From Callorhinchus milii (Eukaryota): a DNA stretch of 64,000 nt. This document shows positions 12,401-27,400 of this stretch, one piece after another. The notes beneath the pieces are model-generated. The model saw nothing but the letters and a program-made list of their open reading frames with translations, searched no databases and was not told the DNA's origin. Position 1 is the stretch's first letter, and the number at the start of each line of letters is the position of its first letter. The position numbers and the translations under genes are program-made. The stretch spans positions 92,134,001 to 92,198,000 of the forward strand of contig NW_024704743.1 of the NCBI RefSeq assembly GCF_018977255.1, written 5' to 3'.

Positions 12401-15400
12401 CCATACTGTTGTCACATGATTTGTGAAGGGCTTGCTTCATGATTAAGTGAACCAAACTGTTATTTGACAAGCTTCTTTGAGAACACTGGGGAACTAGTGA
12501 TGCTCCACCTCCCCAGCAAAGGAAATTACATGCTGAAAGATACAATTAATAAGCAGCATATGAGATTTCCAACTGAAATAATCACCTTTACTTCATAACT
12601 ATTATTACTTACTCGAGTAAGAACACAGTGGGGTCCAATTTGTAAGTTACATTAACTGTGTGTAAATGTATACATAGAGGTAACTACAGATGTCCTTAAT
12701 TATGTAAATAATAATCCTTGCATTTGATATAGCACTTTACATGTCTTCTAGATGCCTTGAAGTGCTTCACAGAATACACTGTAAAGTGAATCGACTGTAT
12801 ACTTGTGGGAGAAACACGGCAGCCAATTGCACACCGCAGCTAATTAACAACCAACGTCAACCATTAGAGCACCATCTGTAATCCTGCAGGGTTAGCAAAT
12901 GAGTTCACCAAACAGAAATGAGCAAGATTGATAACAGTGCTTTCAGAATTGTTTGCCACTCAAGTACATCACAAGCCTGACAAGCAAAAGAGGCAATGCT
13001 CAGCCTGGTTATAGAAAATGAACCACACGTAAGAAGAGACAAACATTAAAGGACATAGCAAGGAAGAGGTCTAATTCAACTTTGTGCTAGGCTTAGCGGG
13101 CTTCCCAATCCTATTCTGCCACGCTCTCTGGAACTCTATCCCAGAGTCCCTATGAAGTACATGGAATAGGTCTTAATGAGTCAAAATGTAGAAGTCACTG
13201 TACTGTGAAAATAGATTGCATTCCTAGGTGATCAGATTCCTGATGTAAGCACATTTCTTTGTAAACTAATGACATTCTGAACATCCGTGATCAGGGCTGC
13301 CTCTGCCTCCTTGTCCTCCTCGATCTCTCTGCTGCCTTTGACACTGTCGACCACTCCATCCTCATATACCGCCTCTCCGCTTTACTCAATCTTCACGGAT
13401 CCGCCCTTGCCTGGTTCGATTCCTATCTCTCTCACTGTCTCCACTTCGTTGCCTCTAACGGTTTCTCCTGCAGCCCCCGCACTGTCACATCTGGCGTCCC
13501 CCAGGGCTCTGTCCTTAGCCCTCTCCTCTTTAATATCTACATGCTCCCCCTTGGTGACATCATCCGCAGACATGGGGTCAACTTCCACATGTATGCGGAT
13601 AACACCCAACTATCTTTCTGCCTCCACCCTCAACTCCAGGACCACTGCTGTACTGACAGACTGCCTGTCGGACATGAAGTCCTGGATGAGGGCAAATTTC
13701 CTACAGTTGAATGTGAACAAGACTGAGGCCCTCCTGATTGTCTCGCGCCAGGGCCTCAGGCTCTGGCAACATCAACCTCCATGGTTGCGCACTACAACTC
13801 ACCAGCCAGTCAGGAACCCAGGTGTCTTGTTCGACCCTAAACTGACTTTTCTCCCATACATTCAAGCCATGACTCGCTCTGCCTTCCCTCACCTCCATAA
13901 CATTGCCCCGACTCTGCCACTACCTCACCCCTCAGACCGCTGAAACTCCAGGCTCGACTATGCAAACTCCCTGCTTGTCGGCCTTCCCAACTCCTCCCTC
14001 CACAGGCTGCAGATAATCCAGAATTCTGCAGCCCGTGTCCTCTCCCGCACCAAACTCGTGACCCCATCTCCCCCACTCTCACCCGACTCCACTGGCTCCC
14101 TATCCTTCAGAGGATCCAGTTCAAGATCCTGGTCCTCACGTACAAAGCCCTCCATGGCCTCGCCTCACCCTACCTCTGCGACCACCTAACCCCCTACCAA
14201 CTCGCTGGTTCCCTCCGCTCAGCTGGCTCTGGCCTGCTCCACGTCCCCCACCATTGACAGGAGAGCCTTCAGCCACTCTGCCCCCAACCTCTGGATTTCC
14301 ATCCCCCAATCACTCCGCCTCACCCCCTCCTTAGCCTCCTTCCAAGTCCTGCCTCAAGACCCTCCTCTTCAACCATGCCATCGGCCACCCCCCTTCCCCT
14401 TCCCTCCCTGACCCCAGCTCAGGTCTGAAATGCTCTACTCTGTCCAGTGCCTTGGGAGGTCCTCCTTACGTGAAAGGCGCTATACAAATGTGATCTTGTT
14501 GTTGTTGTAAACTATGCAAAAGGTATAATTGTCATCCAACGCTGATGTAAACAAGGCAATTCTTAGTATAGCAATTGTACTCACATGCTGATAAATTAGC
14601 TGTGTAAACACATAGCAGCTGCAAAGCTGTCAGCAGTAGTTGATCATCCATTAAAAACCAGGGCCAAAGTGAGTGCACTACACTCACAAGATGGGCATCA
14701 GAAGCTGCAACCTGTTAGAAAGATGGTAAAACAATGAACCTCTTGGTTAGAACTAGTGCCTTAAACTGATCCTGAAAGAATAATTCTGAACTCACTCTGA
14801 ATGCTTCACTTTGGAAGTGGACTTACTTTGCATTCAGCATTGTTATATAAGCAATTTCTCAGGAGCTGCATGGCAATCTTCAACTCTTGGATAAGACTGT
14901 CATCCTGCATGAATAGAAAAATGTGAGAATGAAAACACTAAATTCAAATGCGTATTAATAAAGGATGACCCCCACTCTAGCAGTTGGGTCATGAACTCAC
15001 AAAATTGGCCCTGAGTCTTGAGTTGAATGCTTATTCTCTCCCTGGACACACCACACTGAACTAATTCTGCAGAGCATTTGGCACAGGTTGGCAAGAGTGG
15101 GCATTTAGGTTATTACTAGAGTTTAACGAGCCCAAACTGCATAGCTTGCCACTGGCATTACTGTTTGGAAAGTGTCCCTCCGCTTGTCCAGCTAAGACTA
15201 CCCTACCCATTTGGCCTTTGGCTTGTAGGATTAAAGAAGACTCAATAGGAGGAATGCCAACATCCAGTACCGCTTAAAGTCCTGTCTATGAGCCAGACTG
15301 ACCAGTCTGTCTCATCAGCAGTGCCTTGGAAGGATTGTAGACCAACCCAACTCAGGAATAGACTACCAAGAACGTCAGACAAGTAAGAATTGATGCCAAC

Positions 15401-18400
15401 ATTTCTTTGTCAAGCATGTCACCTTGGAGCCAGCTCAGCAACAAGCAGACCTGATTTACTTACCCCAAGGATCATAGTGATCATCACTTCCTTTTAAACT
15501 GCATGAAGGAAATGCTGTTAATGTAATTTCCTCCGAGCTGTAAGTGTATACTCTGCGCAGGAAAGAAGGCAACCACTCTTACAGATTTACAGGACAGCTG
15601 CATTATCGGCAGACTTGAGGAATAGCAAAGCATGAGAATGAAAGAAATCTAACTGGATAAACAAGTTACAATTTGCAAGAGATTACTGATATTTCATCTT
15701 GTAAATTAAGAAACAAGAGCATTACATCTGGCTGTGTCTATTCTTTGCACCAACAGGAATCAGCGCATGCCATATGAGCTTCACTGAGTAACCATATTTC
15801 AGTACAACTGAAAAAAGGTCAAAAGGAAAGGGCATTTGTCAATTTGAAGTCAGATCTAGAATTGTAACATCTTGCTACTACAATGAATCGCTGCGAATCT
15901 TAATATTACTGAACAAAAACATCTGGGTTTACCTTTTTTCTTTGGACCACTTTTCCTGGTCTCAGAGAATCCAACTTAAGTTGAATACAAGTATGCTTCA
16001 TCTGTTCTATGCTGCTGTCAATAACACCAGCTAAACAGATAGGAAAAATTATTAGTTTTTTTTTAAAAATTACTTAATCCTGACTTCCAATTATTTTCTA
16101 ATATCTCCACATAGGCATATGTGTCTCTGCTCCTGGTCCTTAGCCTCCACATGACGGCATGTAGTTCCAGATGCTGGTGCCCAGTTAGTACTCCAGCCAC
16201 TCCACTTACCACTACTTCCCCAGATGTCCCAAGTTGGTAATTAGACATCTAACAAACAGGTATCTATCTACCTCTCTTAGGTAGATTGCAGGCACCAGAA
16301 ACTTCTTATGAGCTGCTTGGTAATCAGCCCAACTCACTGAGACCATTGCCACCATCCTCCAGCCTACACTGAGAGATGAACATTTCTTTCTTGCTTGTAA
16401 TTAGAGAGTATCGTTATTTATCATATATCCTTCAGGTAGATGTAAATTTAATTTAGGTTGTATAATTCTAGTTTCTTTACTAACAATTACATGCTTGAGT
16501 AATAAAACTAAATCGACAAGGCTAATAGAGATGTGATTTCTGTTTAAATCCTACCTTGTAAGCGTGCTTTTGTGCACTACCACTAACAGCAAGCAATGAT
16601 GTAAGAGCACCAGCTGCAACTTTCCTGTGGGCATCTTCAGTCGATTTACCTTCATAGCTCTGACAAAAAAATGCAAAACAGCATGTTCAATCAATCAAGG
16701 ATCTTTTGGGGAAAAAAGGGTTCATATTATTCCAAAAACTGAAGCAGAAATTTCAAATGATTTTCCTGTTTCTATGTCGTTGTGATTCTGAGAACAGATT
16801 CCCACTTTCCTTTCTTGGATACGATTATAAAATCACTCTTGCTCTCTTGATGTCACCAATTGGTGTGCTCTGAAAGACTTTTACTGACTTGTAACTTAAC
16901 TTTACAATTCTGATAAACGTTTCACACCCCAGATAAACAAACCACTTAATATTCCTTGATCAAGGCAAATAATTGATCATTACTATAATATAGTGTTGAT
17001 CTTCAATAGTTCTGTCTCTTTCAGAAGGTGAGTAATGTTATTTTAACATCATCGGCAAGCAATAATTGAAAACAAGGTTAACAAGCAAAGGATATTTGTC
17101 AATTTGAAGTCAGATCCAGAATTGTTACATCTTAATATTATTGATCAAAAATGTTTGTGTTAATCTGTTTTTCTTAGGAACCACTTTTTCCAGTCTCAGA
17201 TTTATTTAATTAAGATGGAATTCAATAATTGTGTTAAGAACACAACATTTAAGTTATAAGATTCATAGCAAAATCAGTTTAATGTTGCTCTTCCCAAAGG
17301 ATAAATAAAAATATACAATTGATAAAAAAAACTGAAATGAATGAAAGTGAATTTTAAAAATAGAATAAATACAAATTTGGAATTGTCTACATGTGTGTGG
17401 GGGTTGGCTCTCAGAAATTTTAAAAACTTTGAGAAATTCCTGTGCTAAGTTTGGCTGCCATATTTCACGCATTGAGATGTTTCGAAGACGTGATAAAGCG
17501 CTATATCAAATGAAAGGATCATCATTATTATAAACTCAATACAACCACCTGGACAAAACTTACACATCTAGTAGTATTCTTTCAGATTACCTGTAATAAG
17601 ATTTCACAGAGGCAAATTCCTGATGGCTCAGTCCCATCACTGATCTCTAGAAGTTCAGTAATCGTGGGACATTGACTTTCACCGCTATTGTGGAACTGTC
17701 TCTTCCCCTCTTCAGCCAAGAGGAGAGAAATGAACTGTAAGGATGCGGTATACAAATATGGTGTGCTGTTGGACAGCTGAATGCACACTGAAATTGTATC
17801 TAAAAAACAAAGAAATATTCATTGAGCAACACAAACCAACGTCTTTCAAACTTGTAGAAATAAAGTATATTCTGTTTGGAATTGAGAAAGGGTCATTTTA
17901 GTTAAGCAGTTGTAATTTTGTCAAATATTTTGTTTTTAGAATTGTGCAGAAATTTACATTATCTTATGTGACAATACTATAAAAAGAGCTCAAAGGGGGA
18001 ATTCATTTTTTTAATAGAGAATGCACACGTTAATTGTCTTACATTACCTATGAGAGCAGCCCATTGCTCCGCCGCAGCACCAACAACAGACGGGAATGTA
18101 GCCTGACCACTTTTCCGTAGAATTAAATTTAGAAGGATGAACAAGTCTGTCCACGTTTGGTAGATGGCTGAGGTTACCTCACAGTCTGAAACATCGATAT
18201 TGTTATTAGTTTGGTGTCAAAAAGTAAACCTCAAAGGATTCATTAATAGCTAATAAAAAAACCTACTACATTTGGTACGGCATTTTTCACGTCAGGAGAA
18301 CGTCTCAAAAATGCTCATAGGAACAACTATAAAGCATAGTGGCTATGTATTGTATTGGCAGACATGGCATGATTTCCCAAAAACAAAGGGGATGGGGGAC

Positions 18401-21400
18401 AACAACAAGAGATGTTCACTGATAGAAAGTGAACAAGTACCTTTTCTTACAATCCCTAGAATCCATTATTATTTATTATGGCCCTCCACTTTGTCTTCAA
18501 TCTCAATGAATAAATCTCTCCTCGGTATTAGATGTGAGGGAGGAAAGAAATAAAGCACAGCGTGGGTGTCACTGTGTGGGGGTTCAAGCTGAGGCTGAGG
18601 CATTGGGCAAGAGCACTGGCTGCTGCCTATTCCGGTAGGATGTATACCTCACATTCTCAACTAAGGTGAGAATAGGATCACATTTTCTTGACTGGGGAAT
18701 CACCAACACAATATTAATCTTTTCAGCCTTGCTACATGAAAATTACCCAATGAAGCTGTTAGCCAGCCATTTGGGCCTGGGCATCTACAAAGAAATGAAG
18801 CCATTTTCATGGGACTCATTTTCAGGACGAACCCGATTCTGTTCCTACCTGTGGCCTAACCTAGCAGAATATAATACTTGCATTTGATATAGTGCCTTAT
18901 CACATCGCTGAAATGTCTCAACGCGTTTCACAGAATATACTGTAAAGTATTATTAAACAAGTGGTAGAACAAAGTCAAAAGTTGTGTCAAAAGTTATGTT
19001 TTGACAGTCATGTCAGTCCATATCTGCAGCATTTTGTTCCACAAGCAACTGTGAACTGCAGGGGAATCAAAGTTGGGTGCCCTTGAGCAGGGACCGCGGA
19101 ACCTTTTTGCTGAGCTTCTGCGATAAGGGTTGTGCCACGTTTGAGTCTTTGAGCCACTTAAACTAAAGTCTTCAATAACTATTATGGTAAGTTCAAAATA
19201 AGAGATGAGGTAGTCAGCTGCTGTTCAGCCTCACTGTCCTGTGAAGGTTGATTCCTAGGTACTGTTTACCAGGATTGGGTCAACCTCAAGCTAAATAGGT
19301 GGTGCTGGTATAGGGATTGGTGACTGTAGAGTTGCTGCTGACACTAGTTGGTGGATTATTTTGCTCAACGGTTGTATGGAATTATTGACCAAGCTCTAAA
19401 GTAGGTCTGTATTAAAGCTTCTGGCTGTGTGGATGGGGAAATGAACTCTGATCTTAGGCACCCACACATTTAAATTACCCTGTGAGGACAATCGAAGACA
19501 GTAAACAATAATGCTCTTTTGACCACTGGTTGGCTGTGCTTTTGTGATAATTACCACATTATAAAGCACATTACAATAATCCCCCGATTATAATCGTTCA
19601 ATTTGAATTAAAAGGTAAGTGAAGTACATTACCAAAATAATCCTTGCATCGAACACAAAGTACTGTTAATATATTTGACAATAATGGTTTCAGCAGGTCA
19701 TCTTGTGTTATATTTTCATAATGCAGGATGAGACAGGTCTGGAACAGTCCAGACAAAGATGACAAATACTGAAGGAGGCTCAAAACCTGCAGAGAAAAAT
19801 ATAACATTGCTTGCACGGAACAAATCAAAACATCAGCCTAAGAAATCATACTGAACATCCTGTAACACTGAGTGCTAATATGTGCTAATCTCAACCAGCA
19901 CAGCAGTTGGGAAGTTACTATTGGCTTCAGCACCTCAGGTTAGGGAAATTAAAAAAAATATATCAATGGGAAAAGATGGAAGAACTGAGAAGCATTGAGA
20001 GTCCAAGCTCAAAGCATAATTGCTTCTGCCATAAAACCAGTCAGAGCGACAACTTTTGAGGTCTTTATGTATTTGGCAATAAGCCAAACAAAAAAGGGCA
20101 AGTCTGTTCCGTTAGAAGGAAGGTTATTGGTGATACTTATGAGTCAAGAAAATATTTATTTTTAAAGAGTCACAGTGCAGTGGATTTCTGGTTCAAAGTC
20201 AGTTGAATATTCAAGTACTGCGAGTAAAGATGGTGCTAGCAGTGGATTCCAAGGAAATGAGCGGTTGAGGTATCAAACTGACCTGAGCTTTAATATCCTG
20301 TCTGTGGTTAGGGTGAAGTAGTGGTGTTCTCAGCTCCCACAAGCATCTCTCCAACAAACTAGTGTTAACTACACTATTGACAAAGCAAAGGAATATGAAT
20401 ATATTACAATTAATTACAAATTGTTTAGTGAAAGATTCACAAAAGTTTTTATATTGCACAAGAAGTAGAGGCATCGATTAAGCTCATCAAACCTGTTTTA
20501 CTTGTTTATTAGATCGGGGCAGATATTTTAATTCCATTTCAACACCTCATCGGGGCAGGGTCGAGGGGCCGAATGGCCTACTCCTGCTCCTTATGTTCTT
20601 TTCTCAATAACATTTAAAACCCTGCTTTCCAAATATTTATCTTTTATTGATCCAAATAGATTTTGCATCTATGTATATTCTAAGGAAATAAGTTTAACAT
20701 TTTCACAAGTTATTACTGTATACAAAGATCAGATGGGGTCCCAGCACAGACCCCTGAAGCACCCCACGTTACTTGGTATGAAGGATCACTTCTATCTATA
20801 GTAGCAACTATTTCTTCATAATGTAGCAGTAGCTATTTTCTCCACAATTTAGCAGTGGCTTTTCTTCAATGGAAAATATAATTCCTCAGTAAGGAACAAC
20901 ATACATTGACTAATGGAGTTCCTACTTATGAATCATCATTTTTGTTTTACATGTTGAATTTAATGTCACAACTGACTTAAAAACAACTAATTCCATTGAT
21001 AATTTTTCATGTAAATCACTACATAAACTAAATAAGGGCATAAAACACAAAGTGTTATGAAACAAATACTGCCATGTCCTCTCCCACAACAGGCTTCGTG
21101 AGCCTATCACTCGCATCCTCGCTAGCCTCCACTGGCTCCCCATTCCCCAGCAGAGAGTTTCAGATCCTCATTCAATTAAAATTTAAATCCTCCACGGTTT
21201 TGCCCCACCAAACCTCTGCAACCTCATTCAATCATATCGCTCCAGCTGCTCCCTTTGCTCAGTGAACACTGGCCTACATGAGGTCTCCTGCCCTATATGA
21301 CCTACCGTCAATCAGCAAGCAGGCTTTTAGCTATTCTGCCCCTGCTCTTTGGAATTTTGTCCCAGAGTCCCTTTGACTCGCGCTTCCTCATTCAAGATCC

Positions 21401-24400
21401 ATCTTGAGTGGATGGATCTTGGAATCCTGTAGCTCAAAGTTAGAGCACTTGCCTCGCAAGCAAGAGACCCAGGTTTGATTCCCGGCAGGGCAAAACCTTG
21501 GGCAAGCTTCATTACTCCACATGCCTGATAATAATCCCTCAAGAAAAAAAAATAATTTGGTCACTCAATCCACGACTGTTTGCAGGACACTGCTGTGTGC
21601 AATTGGCTGCCGCGTTTGCCCACAAATATACAGTCAATTCACTTTACAGCATATTCTGTGAAGCGCTTTGAGACATCTAGAAGATGTAAAAAGTGCTACA
21701 ACAAATGCAAGGATTATTTATCTCAAAATTCATCTCTTTGACCATACTTCCTCTCCCCTGCCCCTCGGCTCCTGCCCATAGCTCAGGTCCTATGCCAATA
21801 GGTCAAACACTTTGAGACATCCTACCAATGTGAAAGGGTTACAAGTATATTCTGTGAAGTGCTTTGAGATGTCTAGAAGACATGAAAAGCACTGTATCAA
21901 ATGCAAAGATTAGGATTAGTTTAGAAGGGTGCTATTTAAATGTAAATTGAATTGTATAGATGGCAAAACATGGCCACAGACTTTATTGCATAGATTATCT
22001 GTAAAGGAAGCTACACGTACGACTAGAACATTGATTAGCATTCCAGTAACATTAATTATGAAATCATGCTGGAATTAGAGCCATAGAGATTTATAGCACA
22101 GAAGGCAGCCATTCAACCCAATCAATGCATCTGTGCTGGCATTTTCATGAACAATCTTTTCAGTCCCATTTACCTGCCCTTTTCTATACCCCATTACTTT
22201 TACTCGGTGACCTACTAAATGCTGAATAAGGGTGTATACAAAATACAATTGCACAGGCAGTAGAGCTATTCTTGCAACCCACTTGAGTACAGGTGGGTTG
22301 CATGAATAGCTATAATTTTAGTCACTGTTTGACACAAGATGCAGACAAGAGTTTGGAAATATGACTCAGTTGCCCTTCAATACTTCCCAATTAACTGTTA
22401 TTGAATTACCTACCGATGGAAAGCTGCAAAGAGGTGGTTTTGTTTGACTGCAATTAATGTGTCTTCTGGAATAGCTGCCAGGAGGTTAGTAAGCAGGCTA
22501 CAGACAGCTGAGAGAAGGTGAGGGGTAACAACTGCACACTGCTCTGAGTTAACAGAAACATGGGAATTTTCACTGTCCAGAGATTGAAGTGTGTCTGTGT
22601 CACTTTTCCCTAAGAGGAGTAAAAACAAAGGTTAAAACGTAATCTTGGTACTACAGCAGTAAAAGCAATACAAAACACATGACAATGACAAAATACTCTC
22701 AATCTGTAGACCAGAACTTGTGCTGTAAATTAGAGAACACAGTCTCCTAACTATATCCTGGGGAAACCAGCCAAGAGCATCAAATTTGTCTGAGTAGAAA
22801 AATATAATGGAATGATCACCAATGATGCTCATAATTAAGTCAATTCACTTAACCGTATATTCTGTGAAGCGCTTTGGGATGTCTAGAAGATGTCAAGAGT
22901 GCTATATCAAATGCAAGGATTATTATTATGGTTTTCAGGAAAACCTTCCATTGAGCTAAAGGGTTTATACTTTAGAACTTCAAAGTACTTGTGTCCTGTC
23001 CTTGCTCTGCCTTCTCCACCTTTAAACTTTCATTTTTAGTCACCTTTCCCATTTATAGGCACATTCAAAAAAATTGGATGCAATTGTTCTGAAGGAAAAC
23101 ATTGACTTATTGTGACCCAAATTGATATCTTGCACACAACAACTTGCATTGATACAGTGCCCTTCACACCGGATGGTGTCTCAGAGTGCTTAAAGATCAA
23201 AATCAGTAGGGGAAGTCCCACCAACATAAGTTCCATTTACTGTGCATTTGTGAAGCAGGAAATGGGTTGGGAGCAACTTGATAACAATTTAAGCGTCTTC
23301 GGGTCAACGCTGACAACACCTTTTGCTTTGAGATTGAGATTGGGATGCAGATAGGCGAAAATGTAGAAAAGCGCTTTTGGCCAGGGACCAATATGAGGGA
23401 GGAAAGAGAGCATTGAATCAAACTGAAAACCAAAGTTAAAAAATAGCTCAGTGAGTCTGAGGGAGAGGCCAGGAAGGTTGAGGAAATCAGGGCCGGATTA
23501 TACAAATTGAAACAGATTTAATTTCCAAATTTCTACTGTGGTTGCTTTTCCTCCAAACACACCAGGCAAAGCCAGGAATAGAAAACAGAATGACTTAGTA
23601 TTGTACTTTTAGGCTTCCACTGAAATAATGCTATTTTCAGGGTTGAATTGAAATCTGGTATTTTGAAATCATTCAAATGTTATTCAGTGTTTCTTGCTTT
23701 AGAAATAAGACACTAATCATTTGCAGAACGTTAATCTACCTTGAGCTGTAAGCCTGTTGCTTGGAGCTTCAGAAGCAATGACAGCAGACAGGGCAGAAAC
23801 TTGCAACACTCTGTATAATTCAGGTCCACCGACTGATGGGGAAGACTGTGGCAAAACCTAGAATTTTCAGAACAGTTGTGAACAGTTTAAAAAGGAATTC
23901 AAACATTTTTTGAAAAGTAGTTGATATAACTTTCGCACACTAATATCCACAGGATGCACTTTTGAGGGAAAAAATTTTTCCAAAATAAAGTTCAAAACAA
24001 AAGGTTAACAAAACTGTTGAAATTAAATTTTCTAGTTAATGATCTATAGGTAGTTGTGCATTCAGGGTTTGCTACATACCAAAGTGCTTGATGTAGAAGG
24101 GGGACTTGAAGACTGATTGTGGTTGGATAAGACGGATGGCATTCGCCAATATTTCAATGAGTCTGTTAAAAGAAATATTAATAAATATTTGTCATTATGA
24201 ACAAAAAAAATCGAGCCTGCTCTGCCATTAAATTTATGAAAACTCTAACTCTATTTCCCTTCCTTTTCATATCCTTTCCAACCAAGGATTTCTCTCTTTC
24301 GACCATCTCAGTCCATTGTGAATCCATGACCTTCCGTTGCATATATTCAAAATCCTTTGGTGTTAAAGCAATTTTCTGGACTCTGTCTCCTACGTACCTC

Positions 24401-27400
24401 TAATTTTAAAGTTATTATATTCCCCATCGAGTGTGAAGAGACATTCCTCACACAACCCCATGATAATGCAATCATCTAGGTACGATGTCTCATATTATTT
24501 GCAATAACAAAGCACAGAAAAATGGCTGACTTTCAGGAAGATTAGAAGGAGTTGTTTTTTTCAGAATTGCCAGGGTGTGGAATGCCCAGTTGGGAGTGGT
24601 TGATGCAGGATCCTACTATCTTTCCAGAGGAAATTATAGATATCTGAAAGGAGTAGTTTGAAGGGATTGGGGAAAAGACCGGCAAATGAACCTGAATGGA
24701 TTGCTTTCAAAGAACCACCACCGACACAATGAGACACAGAATTGTAAAGTTCTAAACCAATCAACTAGCACAAAAAGTGTATTGAATGACTTGTGTATAA
24801 AGTGCGATGGGTAGAATTTTCACAAGCCATTATATTTTTGAGACTTAAAATATTATTCTAGTATCTTACTATTTTGTCTAAAATTTGTAACACATTATTC
24901 AGGAAATCGCAGCTTCTATTTCTGTCACAATTCTACCTATAATCTATTCAATGCTGACAGTAGCTTAGTAAGGAAGGTAAAGATAGCAGTTTGTGGCTGC
25001 CAGTGGATTGAGCAATTGAAATGTTAAAATCTGTATTCATGCAGATAAAAAGCAATTTTCTTACCTTTAACCTTGAATGTAGTTCAATTACTTAGTCCCC
25101 TGGCAGCCACAAACTGCCATCTTTCACCTTTCTCAGTTGCTGGGAAAGTACCAGCCCCAGTGAAATACTTATTACTTGTAATTTTAAATAAAATATAGAT
25201 CAGGGTGCTGAACAACCTCTACAGCAGCAAGAAGTAGTTTGCTCAGATAAAAGCAGCATTATGTAAACCAAAGAAAAGATTCAGAATAAAATTCAATGGG
25301 TTGACATTCTTAAAACGCATACCTTCGAAGCTGTTACTGAGCAAACTGTTTTCAGTAGATTTAGCGACACTGAAATCAAACATTTGCCTTCCAAAGTAGC
25401 AATGTTTTGCCATATAAGCCACATGCTCATAAAATTGGCAGTGATACAGCAAGGCCTGGAAAGCAGGCAGTCCTACCAGTGACACCCCAGACTCCTCATC
25501 ATGAACACATGGGGTCTGCAGAAAAATAATCAGGAAATTACATAGAACCATACTGCATGGAAACAAGCCATTTTGACTAACTCGTCCATACTAGCATTTA
25601 TACTCCATACACAAGCCTCTCCTGTTCCCTTCTTACTCATGTACATTTGCACCCTCCCCCATCAATAGAGCCAAAATATCAATTATTAATATTACTGAGG
25701 TTTACACTTACTATCAGTTTGTTGTGAATAAATTGTGTCTGCAGCATATTTATGTAAATATGATGATTTTAATTTAGTACACCAATCCACCTATATACAT
25801 GTTCAGATTGTTTATAGATCTCTTTGGACTGAAATGGACAGATGTATATGCACCCAACATAACTATAATGTAATGTCAGGTTTTGTAAAACAATTTAAAG
25901 AATGATTAGCAATTGTTTCAACATTGACTTCATCACTTAGAGGACACTGAACCCTTAATTAGATTACTACCTCTCAATCACTTCAAAGGACAAAAATTAT
26001 GAATAATGAGTTATTGTTGAAAAAAAGTCCAAATTATAAATAAAAGGGCTCATTTCAAAGTTAGGTGGATATAATACTTATTGCATAATATTGTGAAAGC
26101 AAGAATATTTAACTAATTATATTACTTAGACCTTTCTCACCTGCCAGACATCCTTGGTTTCCTCCGTGTTAGCAGGCAAACAAATCATCAGTAAATTCTG
26201 GAGAATGGATGCTGCCTGAAGAAAAACAAATCATTGCTTTTTTCTGCATAAGTAGGTGCAAACAATACAGCAACATCACGCACCATAAAAATGTTTGTTA
26301 AAATTGTAATGCAGCAGCTTTTCAGTAACAATTAAAGACATTCAGATTTAATATTTTTAAAACAGAAATGATTTAGAACCATCTTCAAACTTTTTTTTTT
26401 ACAAAATGTCAAAAATAATCCAGTTGAAATTATTTCATCAATTTAAAATGCAGTCAGAGATAGACTTTAAGGCAGGTTTTGAAAGCAGAGAAAGAGGGAT
26501 CCAGTGAGCAGGGACAACCATCTGAGTGAAGACATTTTTGCCGTCACTCTCTGCATATTTAGCACGGCTTCCCTTACTAAACAATGGGTGACTTCTGAGT
26601 TAGCAGCAATTTGACAGGATTCTTATAATGGGTTCTATTGTACTTAAATTGTATGGTATCTCTTCCATTTTGCAGAAGTATTACTCACTTCTCTTCGAAC
26701 CATACTGCATTCAGATTGGTCCAGAAGGATATTTAGCACTGTACCCCATAATCCTCCAGAAATGTTCTGGCAACTGGAAGCCAGAGCAGTGCACCCATTT
26801 TCAACCAATGTGAGAGCTGATCCAATACCCAAACTAGCAAAACGCACCTAAAACAATAAAGATAATAAAATTATGAATACTGTAATCCTTGCATTTATTA
26901 CCTCTAATATTCTTAATATTGTAAAGCAACAAAGCACAGGTAGCTGTTGGCAAGTAGAGTGATTGTGTATTGTGGGTAAACATTCAGTCATCAATTTTTA
27001 CACACGTTCTCACAAACAGTCATAAAATGAATGACAAATTTGTGGCCAGGACACTGGGAGAAACTCTGTTCTTTTTTCCAATAGTTCTGGGACCTTTACT
27101 TTTTCGATTTCAAATATTAAGCATCACTTCCTCAATAGTGCTATACATTTAGATCTACTCTGTGGATTTTCTGGAAAATAAGGTTAAGAGTATAAATAAA
27201 ATTAACTCAGAACAAATAGAACTACATAAAGTCTTTTCTATACAATTAAAAAATCCATTAATAAGTCAGTAACTCTTCTACGATAACTTGATATGGAATA
27301 CCTTTTAAACTGAGTGATATAGACAAACCATTCCAAGAAAAGTAACAGATTTGCAAAATGATCAGTAACTTTGGAGCCTCTTCTCCCTGTTTTAAAATAC

